Assembly (NCBI GenBank): GCA_002633005.1
Contig: NMRA01000269.1
Coordinates: 217,083 to 281,082, forward strand
From: Phoronis australis
Taxonomy: Eukaryota > Animalia > Phoronida
Length of the DNA: 64,000 bases
Reading direction: 5' to 3'
Under the pieces are notes generated by a model. The model ran no database searches. It saw nothing but the letters and a program-made list of their open reading frames with translations, and had not been told where the DNA came from. Of this stretch, positions 1 through 13,440 are shown in pieces (the stretch's first letter is position 1; each line of letters starts with the position of its first letter). The translations under genes and the position numbers were made by a program.

Positions 1-2719
1 TGCTGTTTGGTATGCAGACCTCGATGAAGTAGTCACCAAGAACCTAGGTACCCGTATTTCAATAAAATTTCACGAGAAAGGGTCTCTCTTCGTTACGCCC
101 GGTAGGCGCTTAGGGTATTATTTTGACCTTTAGGGTGCCAAAAAGATGTACTTCCCAAATAAGAGACTCCGAGTCCTATCGCGGGCTGCAAAATCTGGCG
201 AAACATAGGGAAAGATAGCACCACTATTTCGCAGTTGAGAAAAAGGATCATTGTCCCGGAAACTTCCATTTAGATTCATTTTCTAGGATCCAGACTGGGG
301 CATAGCTCACTTTATTAGGGCCACGCTTTGAAAGTTTACTTTGACAGAATGAAGTCCAAGGGTCCCTAATGTACTGTCTTACGGGCTGTCTTGTTGAAAC
401 GGCAAATGATATAGAACTGACGGAAAATCTTCAACCAACGTCAAAATTTGCCAAAACACCAATTTCTCAGACGGTTATGTCAGATCGGCTACAATCATCC
501 TGTAGAGGTCGGTCGGCTACTTGGTTTCACCAGTACGAGGAATACGCTGGATGCATGTTCAGATCTTCAAGGTAATTTTCATGGAATAAATGAAAATATC
601 TGCCACGGATCTGAACTAAACGTTAAAGACAGACTTCTCTTTGCATTCACAATTCAAGAACACGTACAGGACAGATGTGTTTCGTCAGTCGAAAAATGTG
701 ACTAAAATCTAAATATTTCACATTTATTCGATCATTTTTGTGTTTGCCTTATTTTACTATTAATTTCTAATTATTTTTTAATTTTAAAAATTGTTTCCGC
801 GATAAGCTCACTACATATGGCGGCAGTTAATAAGTATCCATAATGAGTCACTAACACGGCCATTTTAGGCTGTGGTGCACCACCAAAAATAAAAATAAAA
901 ATTCATATTCAATTCATTAAATTTTAGTGAAAATATTTGGAATTGCGTTGGATGAGCATTATGTGGGCTTAAGTTTTTGATGAATTAGCTTGCGTTCAAA
1001 TCCGTGTTATGAAGTTTTTAATGAGTATGAAAGCCATTGTAAGTCGCCAAAGTCCCTCGATCTCGGATAAAACCGGCTTAGATTATTTTACTTCAAATAC
1101 ATGTATGCCTTCTAGTAATTGCACCACACTCTGTTATGTCCGTTCTAAAACAGCAATTAAGAGAGATATTTTGATACTTCCAGGTATTACTAGCTCTGTA
1201 ATGTTAAACATATTTCAAATAAAAAATCAGACTAGAGGTGGAAGCAAACAGTCATGCTTGGCGTTCACGACAGCGGATAAAAGTACATCGTCCGCAGTGT
1301 AGTGTGCAACATTTTATAGTGATAATGACCACCAGGGGTCCGTGCTGCACACCAGCTAGATATACGGAACATTATCAAAAGACGATGATGCTGGCCAGCA
1401 AACATTTTTCATGCTGTGTTGGCTGTAGATAACAAAGGAAACCAATCGAGCAACACGGATGTGTTTACAAATTCAATATTTTAATGTTGATGAACCTCTT
1501 GGAAATCAGCAAGAGACTCGCTTGCCTCATTAAAATGAGTTTACAGAAATGAGCATCAGCTCAGAAGCGCACCCACTAACTCTGCAATGGCATACACATT
1601 TTCAAACCTGTCAGTTCTGAACATGTATATTTCAACACTTTTGCGCTCTATCGACTCGTCTGGCGCGGTAATCTAATTCCGTAACGGGTTAAGATGAATG
1701 TTCGCGTCACGATGTAGCGCGACCAAGATTGGTAGGTCACAGAGTCCAGGAATGGATTGATTAGTTAGCTGGCTCACATTCCTACTTAAAAGGAAAATAT
1801 TATTCAGAAACTGACCGAAGCAGTGGAATCCGTTACTGTGGCTATACTTTGCTGACATATAGTCGTGAGGAAGTTAACATAAATTATGCAACGTGGAATG
1901 ACCACAAAGAACCTTGTGACTGAGTGCGACTGACCTGTTAACGATGTGATGAGCGGACAAGTTCAGAAACTGCTTTCAACCTGCTGTTGGCATTTCCTTT
2001 TTGAGTGAACAATAAAAGCTGATATGCCCTGATAAATATCCAACTATAAAAGGTTTGCACTCGACATTAATTGTCATTGCCAGTGTTAAGTGTTAGTTTA
2101 TTGTCGTTGATTTGACAGTTTTGGAATGACTCAGTGATTTGGGTCTCTACTGATCATTTCGCCCAGGGGCACTGAACTCACTTCACAAGGATGGACCAAT
2201 TAAGATGTTGGTGCTTGGTTTAATAATTAAATGATAGGAATGCAGAAGTTGAAAATAACGGAATACTCAAACGCATTCCATTCAGCTCGCAATCAAACGG
2301 GAAGCTAAAACATAAACACTTTCCCTACGCCACGCCCTTGTAACAAAAATGTTACATAGTAGACTTTTCATGCCTTAGCCTCGCCCCCTAACGTTAATGT
2401 CGAGAACCAGCTAGCATTCACACTGGAGAAATAAAACGTAGGATTGACTTTCACTGGTTCACTGTATCTTGAAACCGAGAGTGTGCGCTTTCGGAGGGCC
2501 ATAAATCTTTCACTTCAAGCTAAGATAAAACGACTTTTAGATGGTTTTTAACACATCAAAAATAAAATCCAGTGAACTGCAACCAGATCTCGTTAGTACG
2601 ATACAAGATTTTAGGCACGCCGTGTATCACATTTATATTAAAATGATACGTATGTTTTATTTTCCCCTGGTTAGGTCGTAGTGGAAACTTTTTATTTATA
2701 TGCACGTGCTCTTTTTTAG

Positions 2720-3015
2720 GAAAGTCTTATGTCATCACTTACATTGAAATAAACTTCCGCCAATTTGCTCCGGAGAGTTTTGCAATTTACAAACGAACAC
2801 ACTCGGACAGTCAATGGATTCCATACCAGTACTACAGCGGCAATTGTGAGACAATTTATGGAGTGGCGGCCAACGGTGTTCCAGCGTCTGAGATGGACGC
2901 CACCTGCTCGGACCAGTACAGCGACATTTTCGCAGGGCTCAATGCACGGGTTGTATTTAGTACCCTTGAAAACCGACCGGGAAGAAGAAATCACCAAGAC
3001 AACATGCAGATTCAG
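2720..3015 (+). CDS. Laminin gamma-like exon, LN domain (central part)
   Basis: ttttttag|GA AAG TCT...; [27 protein letters not shown] motifs; donor CAG|gtacac. Confidence 0.92.
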
Positions 3016-6000
3016 GTACACCCCATGTTGTTCTGTCTTTAAAATGTACGCAACGCATGGAATACTGCAGATGTAAAATATTTTGGGGTTAGCGAGACAT
3101 TACGAGTTATTTAAGTATTCTTTTAGGAATTGACCAAAGGGTGGGAAGCGAAATTGCATAATTTCAATATCCAACAATTTACATGTGCGCGAACTTATTC
3201 GAAGTTGGGCGTGGTGAGTTTTGTTGTATGTTATCTGCGTGCAAGAAGAAACTCGAGACTAGGCACACTGAATGTCAACCTGATTAAGATCCTCAAATGT
3301 GGGTTCCAAGTTCCTGTCGATCCCCAAGTAAGGCCACCTCTAGTTTCTACTGAAAACGTGCATCCACTTGCATGAATGTGTTGAGTTCTAGAATTTCTGC
3401 TGGTCACGTCAACTCATATCGTGCGCTACATCGCTTCTGATAGGCAACTCCCATTGCTATGAGTAGCTACTGTAATTTTCTTCGTTGGACGCAACAACTG
3501 TTAAATGTAACGTTTTTAATAGTTTTAGTCAAACTAGAAGCAAGAACTGGTAAACAAAAATGACGCTAGAGTGCAGCATGAAAACGACGTTTCGATACTA
3601 GGCAAACATCATCCTCAGGTACACTCAAACAGAATGAAACAGAATACCGTAACATAATGCTCACTTAGCATCACAATGCATGATACAAAATCTGTCAACT
3701 AAAAATTGTTTTGCTTAACTATTGAGGATGATATTTTCCTAATATCGAAAAGTCATTTTCATGTGACACTCGAGCGTCGTTTTCGTAACGGTTTGAATGT
3801 TCAAATTTTTGGCCAGTAGCTGTTACACCAATTTTCGGCCTTTCCCCGAGTCTGTGAATACTTATTTTCAGACCTACTACTTGGCTATTAATAGCTACAT
3901 GTAGCTTCGTTGAGGAATCTAGAATATTCAGGAAAGAGGCAATCACAATTTTCGGAGGAAAAATGTTCGCGCTACTTCAAAATTGACATGCTGGCGGCTT
4001 TTTCGTTACATTTTTTGTTGGGTCGGGTCCGGAGGGATATGGCTGGTCTCTTGCCCTCCTCTTTAAATTTGCTTTTGATGGAGTGATGCCCTGTAAGTAC
4101 TACAGTCTGGCCTACTTTCTATTAATACAGGAATGGATCACGGCTACGGACATTCGAATAGTTATGAGCAGGTTGTCGACACTCGGTGACGAGGCGTTTG
4201 GTGAAACAGATGTACTGAGGTCTTACTTTTACGCCATTAGTCACATCGCAATAGGTGGCAGGTAAGTGGAAAACTCTTTTGCGAACTCCCAGGGAAAGTC
4301 CCGGGAATAGGCTCCCACAGAGGCCATGAAGAGACGTGCTGCTAAGTCAAGTTATATCGGTTCTCCTTTTGGAAATCGTTGTTAGATGGGTAGGTCCACT
4401 GTTACTTTGGTAACAAAAGAGGTGACTACGCGAAAGTGCTATGTTTCGTTTTTCATCAGTGGCATGTCTCGGATACTCATTTTTCCGGCTGTCGTTGACA
4501 AGGCATTGTGGTGAGTTTGCGGTGGCAAATGCCTTCACGTTAGGTGGAAGAAAACTTTATTTGGTGGTGGTAGGGGCGGATCCAGGATTTTGAGTTAGGG
4601 GGGAGGGCAGAGTATTAGCCAAGATTTTGCCGTCAGACATTCGTTCCCCGAACTGCCAAATGGAATCTGGGTGAATTTTAGGGGGGCATGGCCCCCTTGC
4701 CCTTTCCCCCAAATCCGCCATTGCTATTGGTCATTTTCTGTAAAAAGAAAATTCGAAATCTGTGAAAGATCAATTCATCGATATTCACCACAACTAATAA
4801 CAAAGAAATACTGCTCTATCAAACATAAACCACTCCCCACGAAACACTCCCATTTTTTGTATACGGCAGGCTTATGTGAAAAACTGGAGAGTGTAGACAC
4901 GTTCCGAAGCCACTTTTCGAACTAGAAAGTAATAAACGAGATCGTAAATCAGAGTGTGTACATTATACAGTGGTCCAAAAGTTATGTACGGTGGCCTAAG
5001 CGGGAAATCGTAATGCGTGGACGGCGACTAAAAGGCGACTTCGGCTGTTCTGATCTAAGTGATTGCGACGGTTGTCGGAAATCCGCGGCAGCTTTATAGT
5101 CCACCATCGTACACTGATTACAGTAATTTTGCTGACATCTTTAGCTTTCCCACTGATATTTTGTCGTTCAGTTTTGTACTGGCCTACGCTGTAGTCTTCC
5201 ACGGGTGAGATTCTCACCAGGAAACATATTTTCGTTAGTAGTAACCTCAGCCCAAAATTATTTAACCAAACTAGGTCGTGGTGGGATTCTTCTCTCAAAA
5301 AGTGACAATGTTCCGTGGCAGATACTACTGTTCCGTTTCGCATACAGTAAGCCCACCCCCGGGTCAAGCCTGCTCAGAGTCATGCAGGGCAAGCAATGAA
5401 CTACCAGTTCTTCCAGAATCTCTAGCCGAACTGGGTAAATCTAGCCTGTGTAAGGAACGAGTTAAGACCTGGGTAGAATCTCGCTAAAGAAGCTAATATG
5501 ACCACGTGCTTTAGTTCATGTGTAATACGTGGCGATTTGTCACGACGTTTCGTGTGTACTTGCGTTTTCGCGAGACTCTCGCCCCTACGAAACGCACGCC
5601 AAGAAAGTGGTCTAATCAAAAGCTATATTTGACAGAGGGCTGTGAGCACAGGCGCTTGAGTTTATCTGTTCCCCGATCACCACTGACGTCACTCAAGTTT
5701 CTTGTATATGGTTATGAGTCATCGGGAAATTCGAGTGTCTGTGGCTCTGAGCAGCTTCAATGGAATACCACAGACTTTACTCAAATTAATCGATTACATT
5801 TCCGATCCTTTGGCAGGTGTCAGTGCAACGGACACGCTAAAAACTGTTCCAGCAGCGACAAGTCAGGAGAGGGACCAATTTGTCAATGCGAACACAACAC
5901 AGCGGGAAAGGACTGTGATCGATGTATGCCGTTCTTCAATGAAAAGCCCTGGACTCCCGCAACGTCGGCAAACCCTAACGAGTGTCTCCGTAAGTTCGTT

Positions 6001-8479
6001 TACACACTGACGGAAGGTGTAGTAGATTAAAGATCCATTTCGTCGTGCTTAGCATTAGGCGTTTACCTCGTCAAATCGGCCTGACTCATAATTTCTTTAC
6101 CGTAGCATGACTACTTCTTTTGTCAACGAGAACATCGAAGCTATCAACGAAGTATTCAAGAAAAGGCTTCAAAGTTTATTTGTGTTGGCCTATGCCTTGG
6201 ATTTGCGAAGTCCACAAATTACTCAAGTATTGCTTGTGATTTGAGGTGGTAACGAAAATGGAATCTTTTCACAGGAAGGAATGTGAGACTGATTTTATCA
6301 GAGTAAATGACCAAATTCAGTTTTCGATGTTTTTTCACAAGCTAACTAGGGCGAAATGCAACTTAACGCAACTTGGATTAAAACAGGGCTGCGTTCCGCA
6401 AGGGCAATTTCTGGCAAGTTCAAAGGGATCGCGCAAGTCTTCGCAAGATACCGCCATGCATCAAGCGAAGCAACTGGTCTCGTTAGATATAATTTGTCAG
6501 ATCTTGCGTTATCGAAATTGCCCTCAAGAACAACTGACGATATTGGGTATGCGAGAAGAACATTTCATCGAAATGTTTTGTATGACAATACTAAGCCAGC
6601 CAAAAACACCTGATCTATCTTACTATTTTGAAGGGATTGAGGAGTAATCTTTCAACTGCGATTCATATCCCTATTTACTACTTGCACGAATTCGCCATTA
6701 TGCTTGAGAAAGAGGTGTTTTGTCCAAACTACAAAGGTTCTGCATGTTTGCAACACGCCCGCTTTCACGACGTTACACTGTTTCACAGTGCTACGAAAGG
6801 TTTAACATCATTTCTCATTGGTTAAAGTAATGAAACCGACGTCATAACATTCAGTCATTCTCATTGGTTGAAACCTGGGAAACCCCTTTCAGTTTCCTGC
6901 CAGGTAGTATGGCGACCACCTGTGACTTGAACAGTAGCGATTGATTAAAACGGACACAGTGATCGACGTAAACAAAATCATGGAAATCCCGATCTAATGG
7001 TACAATGCATGGAAGGCGTGTGCAAGTGGTGGATGTGATATGCGCATTGATGCCCACACACGGAATTCTTTGTGTCGTTCATCATGTTTCCACAGGGCCA
7101 CTTTTCACTATAGGTGGCACTGTGTCAGAGGGTAGCTTTCACGTTTGCGTTGTAAAAATTGATGCTAAAGCGAGGCACTGTGTCCTAAACAACAATGCAC
7201 AACAATCATTTTTGTAGCACCACCAAAGTGTGCAAGTAGTGAATGTTAATCAAAGTATTTTACAATATAATTTTGTTACAGCCTGTGACTGCAATGGCCT
7301 AGCAGACAATTGTTACTTCGACATGACTCTTTACAATGCCACTGGACATGGCGGTCATTGTGAAAACTGCCGGAACAATACAGACGGCCCTCGGTGTGGG
7401 AAGTGCAGAGCAGGATACTGCCGAGACAAAGTGTCTGGGAATTGCGTCTTGTGCAAAGGTGAGTGCGAAGCGGTCTTTACTGCGAAGTAGCCTACGGCAC
7501 ACGACGGGTCGTACACGGTGTCTGTAAGTTCGAATGACAATAGCTGTAGAACTGCGCTCGATTGGTGTAAATGAGTGGAACGGCAACGGGTGGTTTCTGT
7601 GTGACGCGATAGTATTTAGATACGAAAATCTGTCCTCACTGCGCTACCGTTCTGACACATGCCCTTAGATTATGGTCGATAATCCGAGGTGTTTCTCCAC
7701 AGTGGGCCCAGAGATATATTCTCGACTGATGCAATGTGTGCAGTGCCTTAAAACTATTTTATTAGCTGTAGGATTGATACACTAATTTAATATGTACACT
7801 GAATACTCCGATGTGGCCATGTGTGTCGCTTGTGACTGTCATTCACATATGTTCCTCAAGTTTGCTTGTTCGCGTCAGATTCTATTAAAGAAAAGAAAAT
7901 GTTTGCGAGCGAGGGTCAATTTTGTTTAATGTTGTGACTTAGGTGAATTCCTGAGCATAGGCATCCAGCTGATTGATGCCTGTCATATGTTTTTGTATCT
8001 CGACGCAAGCTTTTTCCCTCGTTTGTTCTCGGTAAATCGTTGAGTGCCCAAACTCATCGAAAATCATCTTTGATCTGCTTCCATTGAATGTTTGTGGGAT
8101 TAACCATATGGAGGACGATATTTGTGTTTAGTTTACATTTTCCCGCGGCCTGATTGGCTGGAATTAATAGCTTGATTGACAAGTCGGAACTATCCATTGA
8201 TCCAAAAGCTGTTTTCGTTGAACGACTGTTTCCTGCGATGACTTTTTAAAGCGCAAAACTAAATTGAGGGTACCTTTAGCTCGCTAACAACTAGTCCTAA
8301 GCATCACGGTTTGTCTCAATAGTTTCTAATTTCCAGTGTCTTCCGGCAAGTACAACTCGACACTTGAGGTAGAAGAAGTCAAGGAAAATGGAAAGCGGAA
8401 TGGACAGGTCGCGGCAAGACTCCATCTGGGGCTGTTGGTGACAGTGCTGACATCTATTGGGCTGTTATACAAGCGCTAA
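2720..8479 (+). CDS. Laminin gamma-derived short protein (LN + 2 LE + hydrophobic C-terminal tail), 5' end outside or unidentified; exons 2720-3015, 4131-4261, 5817-5989, 7282-7458, 8337-8479
   Basis: Spliced translation [43 protein letters not shown]...[51 protein letters not shown]...[22 protein letters not shown]...[30 protein letters not shown] matches laminin gamma LN/LE1/LE2 motifs (TGHGGHC is gamma-type, not netrin-type). All junctions are GT/AG with matching phases (1,0,2,1,1). Confidence 0.85.
3561..3779. repeat. Imperfect inverted repeat (foldback/MITE core)
   Basis: 3561-3618 is similar to the reverse complement of 3722-3779. Confidence 0.65.
4131..4261 (+). CDS. Laminin gamma-like exon, LN domain C-terminus
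   Basis: atacag|GAA TGG; [10 protein letters not shown]...[13 protein letters not shown]; donor AG|gtaagt. Confidence 0.93.
4571..4723. mobile_element. Short non-autonomous DNA transposon (GGGGCGGATCC...AATCCGCCA termini), copy 1
   Basis: Imperfect terminal inverted repeats; near-identical copy at 51563-51718. Confidence 0.75.
5817..5989 (+). CDS. Laminin gamma-like exon, LE1 (laminin EGF) repeat
   Basis: tggcag|G TGT CAG TGC AAC GGA CAC; 8-Cys LE pattern; donor C|gtaagt. Confidence 0.93.
6820..6995 (+). repeat. Dispersed repeat, diverged copy at about 10415-10595
   Basis: Shared blocks cattggttgaaa.ctgggaaaccc and agtatggcgaccacct.tgacttgaa.agt, attaaaacgg, gtaaacaaaa. Confidence 0.7.
7282..7458 (+). 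CDS. Laminin gamma-like exon, LE2 repeat
   Basis: gttacag|CC TGT GAC TGC; CDCNG...CYFD..LY..TGHGGHC pattern; donor AAA G|gtgagt. Confidence 0.92.
8337..8479 (+). CDS. Putative terminal exon encoding spacer + hydrophobic anchor ([47 protein letters not shown])
   Basis: Branch-like ctaat plus ttccag acceptor, phase 1 matches upstream donor, open to TAA at 8477-8479, AATAAA at 8571-8576. Confidence 0.72.
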
Positions 8480-8570
8480 GGAATTGGGCTCCTGGCAACT
8501 GAATGAGGTGTGCCTCCGTAAACCTCCATTTCTGCTTTAGATACCAATGGTTTCTCAAAACGACTGAGAA

Positions 8571-8576
8571 AATAAA
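8571..8576 (+). terminator. Candidate polyadenylation signal of the laminin gamma-like gene
   Basis: AATAAA about 90 nt after the stop codon. Confidence 0.45.
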
Positions 8577-11500
8577 CCTTATGGTAATTAATTAGTATCT
8601 AGACAATGACATTGTTCTCTCTAGCCGTGACTGTAAAAGAGTTCAGCTGTTCTAAATAATATATAAATGGAAACTCGTAAGAGTTCTTATAAGCCACCAG
8701 GTTTCCTGTTGGGCAACATGAAAACATTGTCGAAAGCGAGGCAGTACTTTTTACCCTGTTACTGTGATTGAATGTTGCACGTGGTCTATTAGGAATTGGG
8801 TGTTTTGCTTTGGCAATTCCAGAAATTTTGAGCCCCGTTTCACAAATCTTAGTTTTAATCTTAAGTCTTAAGCAAGTTCCGTTGATGGTATCATGGGTTA
8901 TAGACAACAGATTCGCAACTCCGACATTTTCTTGCATACTATCCTAGAGGATGCGCCACTCTCCGGTTAGTGCATTGCGACAACGAAAAATATTCGGCAT
9001 TGAAACGCTGTTCAAAGTCTTCCAATAGTAAAATTGTTGGTATCGTGAGTACATTTAGCAATGCTATTACCACCCGACCACACAACATCCGACCATGATT
9101 AGCAGACGACGTACTTGCCGTAAATAATACTCGATAAGGTGTCACTAGTGAATAATGACATAACGGCTTGTGCGTAAGAAGACGGAAAGTATACGGAGTC
9201 GGCGGTCTATGATAGTATGTTAACACCTTTGTTCAACACTTGTAATGTAAGGCGCTATGCCAGTGCCATGAGATGAAAATTGGACAGTGCTGTTCAATAT
9301 CTGTATTTAGTAATTTGCTACAATGTTATGTTAGGCTGATGTTGACTGACTACGCCGATTCTGCCTGGTAAATCGGCTGAAAACATCGATCTAATTGGTG
9401 TGTTGTAAGCCCGAAGTCGTTATCGAGACCCAATCAGATCCCTTTCAGTAGCCGATTGACCCGACGCAGTCAATCAACTGTAGCCATGGTGACCATGCAA
9501 AGCGCAGAGTATCTTCTCACATGCATGGTTTGTAACTATAGATTGTTAAAGTGATGACAAAACAGGTTGATTTTGCATACTTCCATTGCTGTGCACCGCA
9601 AGTGCGCTTTTTATCGCAGTTTATCTGTTGACCACCAGGCGTCACTTGTGCTAAACGGAGTTTTCATTCTTCTGCACATGGAAGTTTTACTCTAGTCCTC
9701 AGTGTCTGACCTGTTGCTAATTTAAGAAAAACAAAGTAGATGCGAAAGCTAAATCGATGTGTGTTATGACTCATTCAGTACGAGTATAATATGCAGAAAA
9801 TTATGAGTTGTTACTGAACTTACCTGAGATATGAAAGGGCAACGTTGATCGCCACGCTGGCCGGGTTCCCTGTGTCGTTGGCTGTTGAGGTGAAAGAGAC
9901 ACGCAGAAATCATTCAGCAGCACATGTTTTATCACTGATTGATGTAACCTTGGCAGGCATTGGTTAGCTTTACAACAAAGAAAAAAATGGCGGACTGTGA
10001 ACGATTTTTAACCTTGTCAACATCCTCACGAACCAAGTTTTCTCTCTGCAGCAAATGTTTCGTTTCTGCAGTAATGTTTAATAACCCCGTGCTTCGTTGA
10101 AGCACAATGCACACTGATCTGGCCGATTTAACTGGTGAGTTATTCATACTGTGTGAATACAAGACAGCAACGGCAAAAATCATTGACAGTAGAAAAATGC
10201 ACACCTACACACAGACACACAACTTTCTGAGTCACACATACAGAACACTCCCAATGAACCACCGATTTGTTTGAACAGAGCAAAAACTATACCCACATTT
10301 ACACTTCTTCAGTCATGCCAGTTTGTACCTGCTGACAATTCGTTCAGTCAATCAGAAACGTCGGTGTGTGGGGAAAAATTTCGCATTGCAATGATGTCGA
10401 ATGTTGTTTAACATTGGCTTAAGTTATGAAGCCAACGTAATAGCTTTCAGCCATTCCCATTGGTTGAAATCTGGGAAACCCATTTCAACGGTTGAGTTAC
10501 CGAGTATGGCGACCACCTTTGACTTGAATAGTTGTATTTTATTAAAACGGGCAGTGATCGAAGTAAACAAAAGCAAGGGACACCCGCCGATCCGGTGGCA
10601 TAAGCCTAAACATGCACAGTACATAAAGGCCGCGTGCAAGTGGTGGCGATGTGAGTCGGAAGTATACCGATTTTTCAATGAACACTAAAATCTGTCACAC
10701 TAAGATACTTTAAGGAACAGATGAATAATGCTTAGTATTGAAAAGGACTGTTGGGTTAGTCCTGAAAGGGACTGTTTGGTTGAGTCAAGATATTAAACAA
10801 AATTCACAAAAATCGCAACAGGTCTATCAACGTCGGAGGCTGACGGTAAGTGACATGACTGCCTAAAAGCAGCGCTAGCTGTTAGCGAAGCGGGGTGTTT
10901 CATACAGCGCCACCTGGTTGCGGCAAAGCCTTGAGTGAGTGGGTACCTTTTGCGCTTTCATTCAGGGCCCAGAAATGGAACTTATAGCATTTAAGCAAAG
11001 TTTTGTTACAACGAACAGATTTCCGATAGGTGTCACTGTCGCAAAGAGGTGGACCGTCCCAAGACCGTAATGAGCTTGATCAGTACCAGTATAGCTACAG
11101 TAAAGGGTATCTTTTACGAATTACGCTTTCTTCGGCTTACGAAAAGACAATCCGCCAAAATCATTCTCTATGAGCTATAAAAGCAACATGAGAAACCCAA
11201 TTCGGTGTAACACGGGAAGAAAGCTTCACTTCGACTGGGAATGAAAAGACCGCCGGAAACAACTGGAGGTTATGAGCGCTCAGCATCAGTTGGGGGAGGT
11301 GAGGGTGGGCACAAGATACATATATAGTGGCACAGCACAGGTTAGAATCATTCGAAAACATGCATGTGTCACTGTTGCCTGGATTGAAACAATTTGACCA
11401 AATTTATGAAATTTCACCGAAGAACTCAAGTTATAGAAACCACAACGGGGCCAGCAGTAGTCAAATCATAAAAATAGACGCCCACCATTATCATTGTCAT

Positions 11501-13440
11501 TTGCAAAAAAATAATGAAGCACCTTGATGGGGTTCACGAGTTACAACTGCCGAATTTCCGTAATCAAGAACGAGATGGTAAGTTCTTTCCACCCGGGCTA
11601 GTTGGAAACGAACAAAAAGCCCAATGTTTTACGGTTTCCTAGTCATACAGAAAGCTGACAAGAAAATGTTATTTGAAATCACCAGCATCCCACGAATTGG
11701 CCCCCAAAGCATCTCATAAATGACTAAACACAAAAATGGGAAAAATTTACCACATTTTGCTCTCCAGTTTAGGTGGAAAAACTCTTTAAACGTGAAAAGA
11801 CTGTCTTCTGATAGAGAGGTTCAATTTTAACAAAAATATTATTAAAAAATTTTCTCTACCTTTCATTTGCACCGTTTAAAACTGCTTTACTTACTTTACC
11901 TATGTGAACCAAAAATGTGCTTTTTGGGCCAAAATGTTGATGATGCTCTTTAGAAATATTGGCCCGAATAATTTCAAATAAAAGTTTTGAAAAAAATTCA
12001 CCAGGCTCGTTCCAGCTCTCCGAGCCCCCCCCCCCGGTGCGCGCATATAACTCATAAAGTCCTTTACTATTGTACAAAGAAGTTTATTTTCGAACAATTA
12101 GAATTTGCAAATGAAAGACAAATTAATAAATAAGTAGATGATAATAAATTAAGAAAATTCAGAGGAAGCGATCAAAATTCGCGCTGGCATTTCCACAAGT
12201 ACACATTGCGTCTTTTTAAACTTTGAATAAAGCAAAATCTGCTGCATTTTGTGCTTGCACTATCGACAAGGAAACATAACTTCAGGTAAATGATGTGGAA
12301 CTCAATTCCATCGTTCGACATAGTTTGCCAAAGAGCCGTAAACCGGTCGTTATTTTACGACATTGACCAATTTATAAAACAGTTAGGTATTATTTTTTTT
12401 ATTTCAAATAGCAGACTGTTAAGTTAAGAAACTAATGTCCTTGCATTGAACTTTTGTTATTATGGCGCTTAATAATAGCGCGCAACATCAAATTTCGCAG
12501 GTACGTCATACTAAACAGCAGGCCAACACAAGCGTAGACTTCTTTCAAACAGGAAATTTGAATTTAACAAAAAACAAACGTCTGGTCTTAAATAACTCAT
12601 ATCACCTAAACTTATTTCACAATCCTAAGAACATGACATAAGCGCCGTCTAGTGGAATGCAGCGGTGCAATTGTGATCTTGAAATTCGCGCGCTTTTGAG
12701 ATGGTCAAGTTGCGTATTCTTATATTTGAGCTGAAACAGTTCAAAACTAAATCGGTGATTCTTAATTTTCATTTTTTCTTACGTCTAATTAAACACGAAG
12801 GACATCAAAATAAAACATTAAAGAAAATAATTTAAGGATATAGCTCTGCGAAATATAAATAAAGCCGTTAAAACATAAATCTGCGCAAAGCCGATTCAAA
12901 AATATGTCTTCAATTTAATTGGAGGTGGCTTTTCAGTAACCCATGTAAATTTCGTATTTTTCCAAGAAGCACCCCTGTTTAGGCAGCTGTAAAAGAAAAT
13001 AAATAATTCGGTGGTCCCACTTTGTTTTGCAGATTTGTACCTGGCCAGGACCAAAAACAAAAACAAAATACCGACCATAAATCCAAACTGCGTTTAACCT
13101 CCTTAAAAAATAGTGACGTATAATTTAAAACATGAGTAGTATATACATATTTACAATACTCTGTAGTCTTAGTCTTGCCACTGAGGAAACCTTCATTATG
13201 TCAATGGCCATGGAAAAGGCGTGACATGACATTTAAAAACAATGACAGTAGATCGGCATTGTCACAAACGTACTCTTCCACAGTTTCCACGTGAAACCAT
13301 GGTAAAACTAGGTTGCTATCCCGCCATCTATCCGGGAACCAGCCAGCATTGTCCAAGCGCACCAGGTTCTCCGCATCGCTCGTGTTGGAAAAAGTTACTA
13401 TTTTAGCTTAACTTGGTATTCGGTAAGACGATTGTCAGTG

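Noticed and set aside
471-571. Candidate upstream exon of the laminin-like gene
   Set aside because: Has AG/GT boundaries but no frame shows the expected LN motifs (e.g. WWQS).
5817-7458. Calling the LN/LE gene netrin
   Set aside because: LE2 motif is laminin-gamma type (TGHGGHC, not SGGVC); no LE3 or NTR/C345C exons found.
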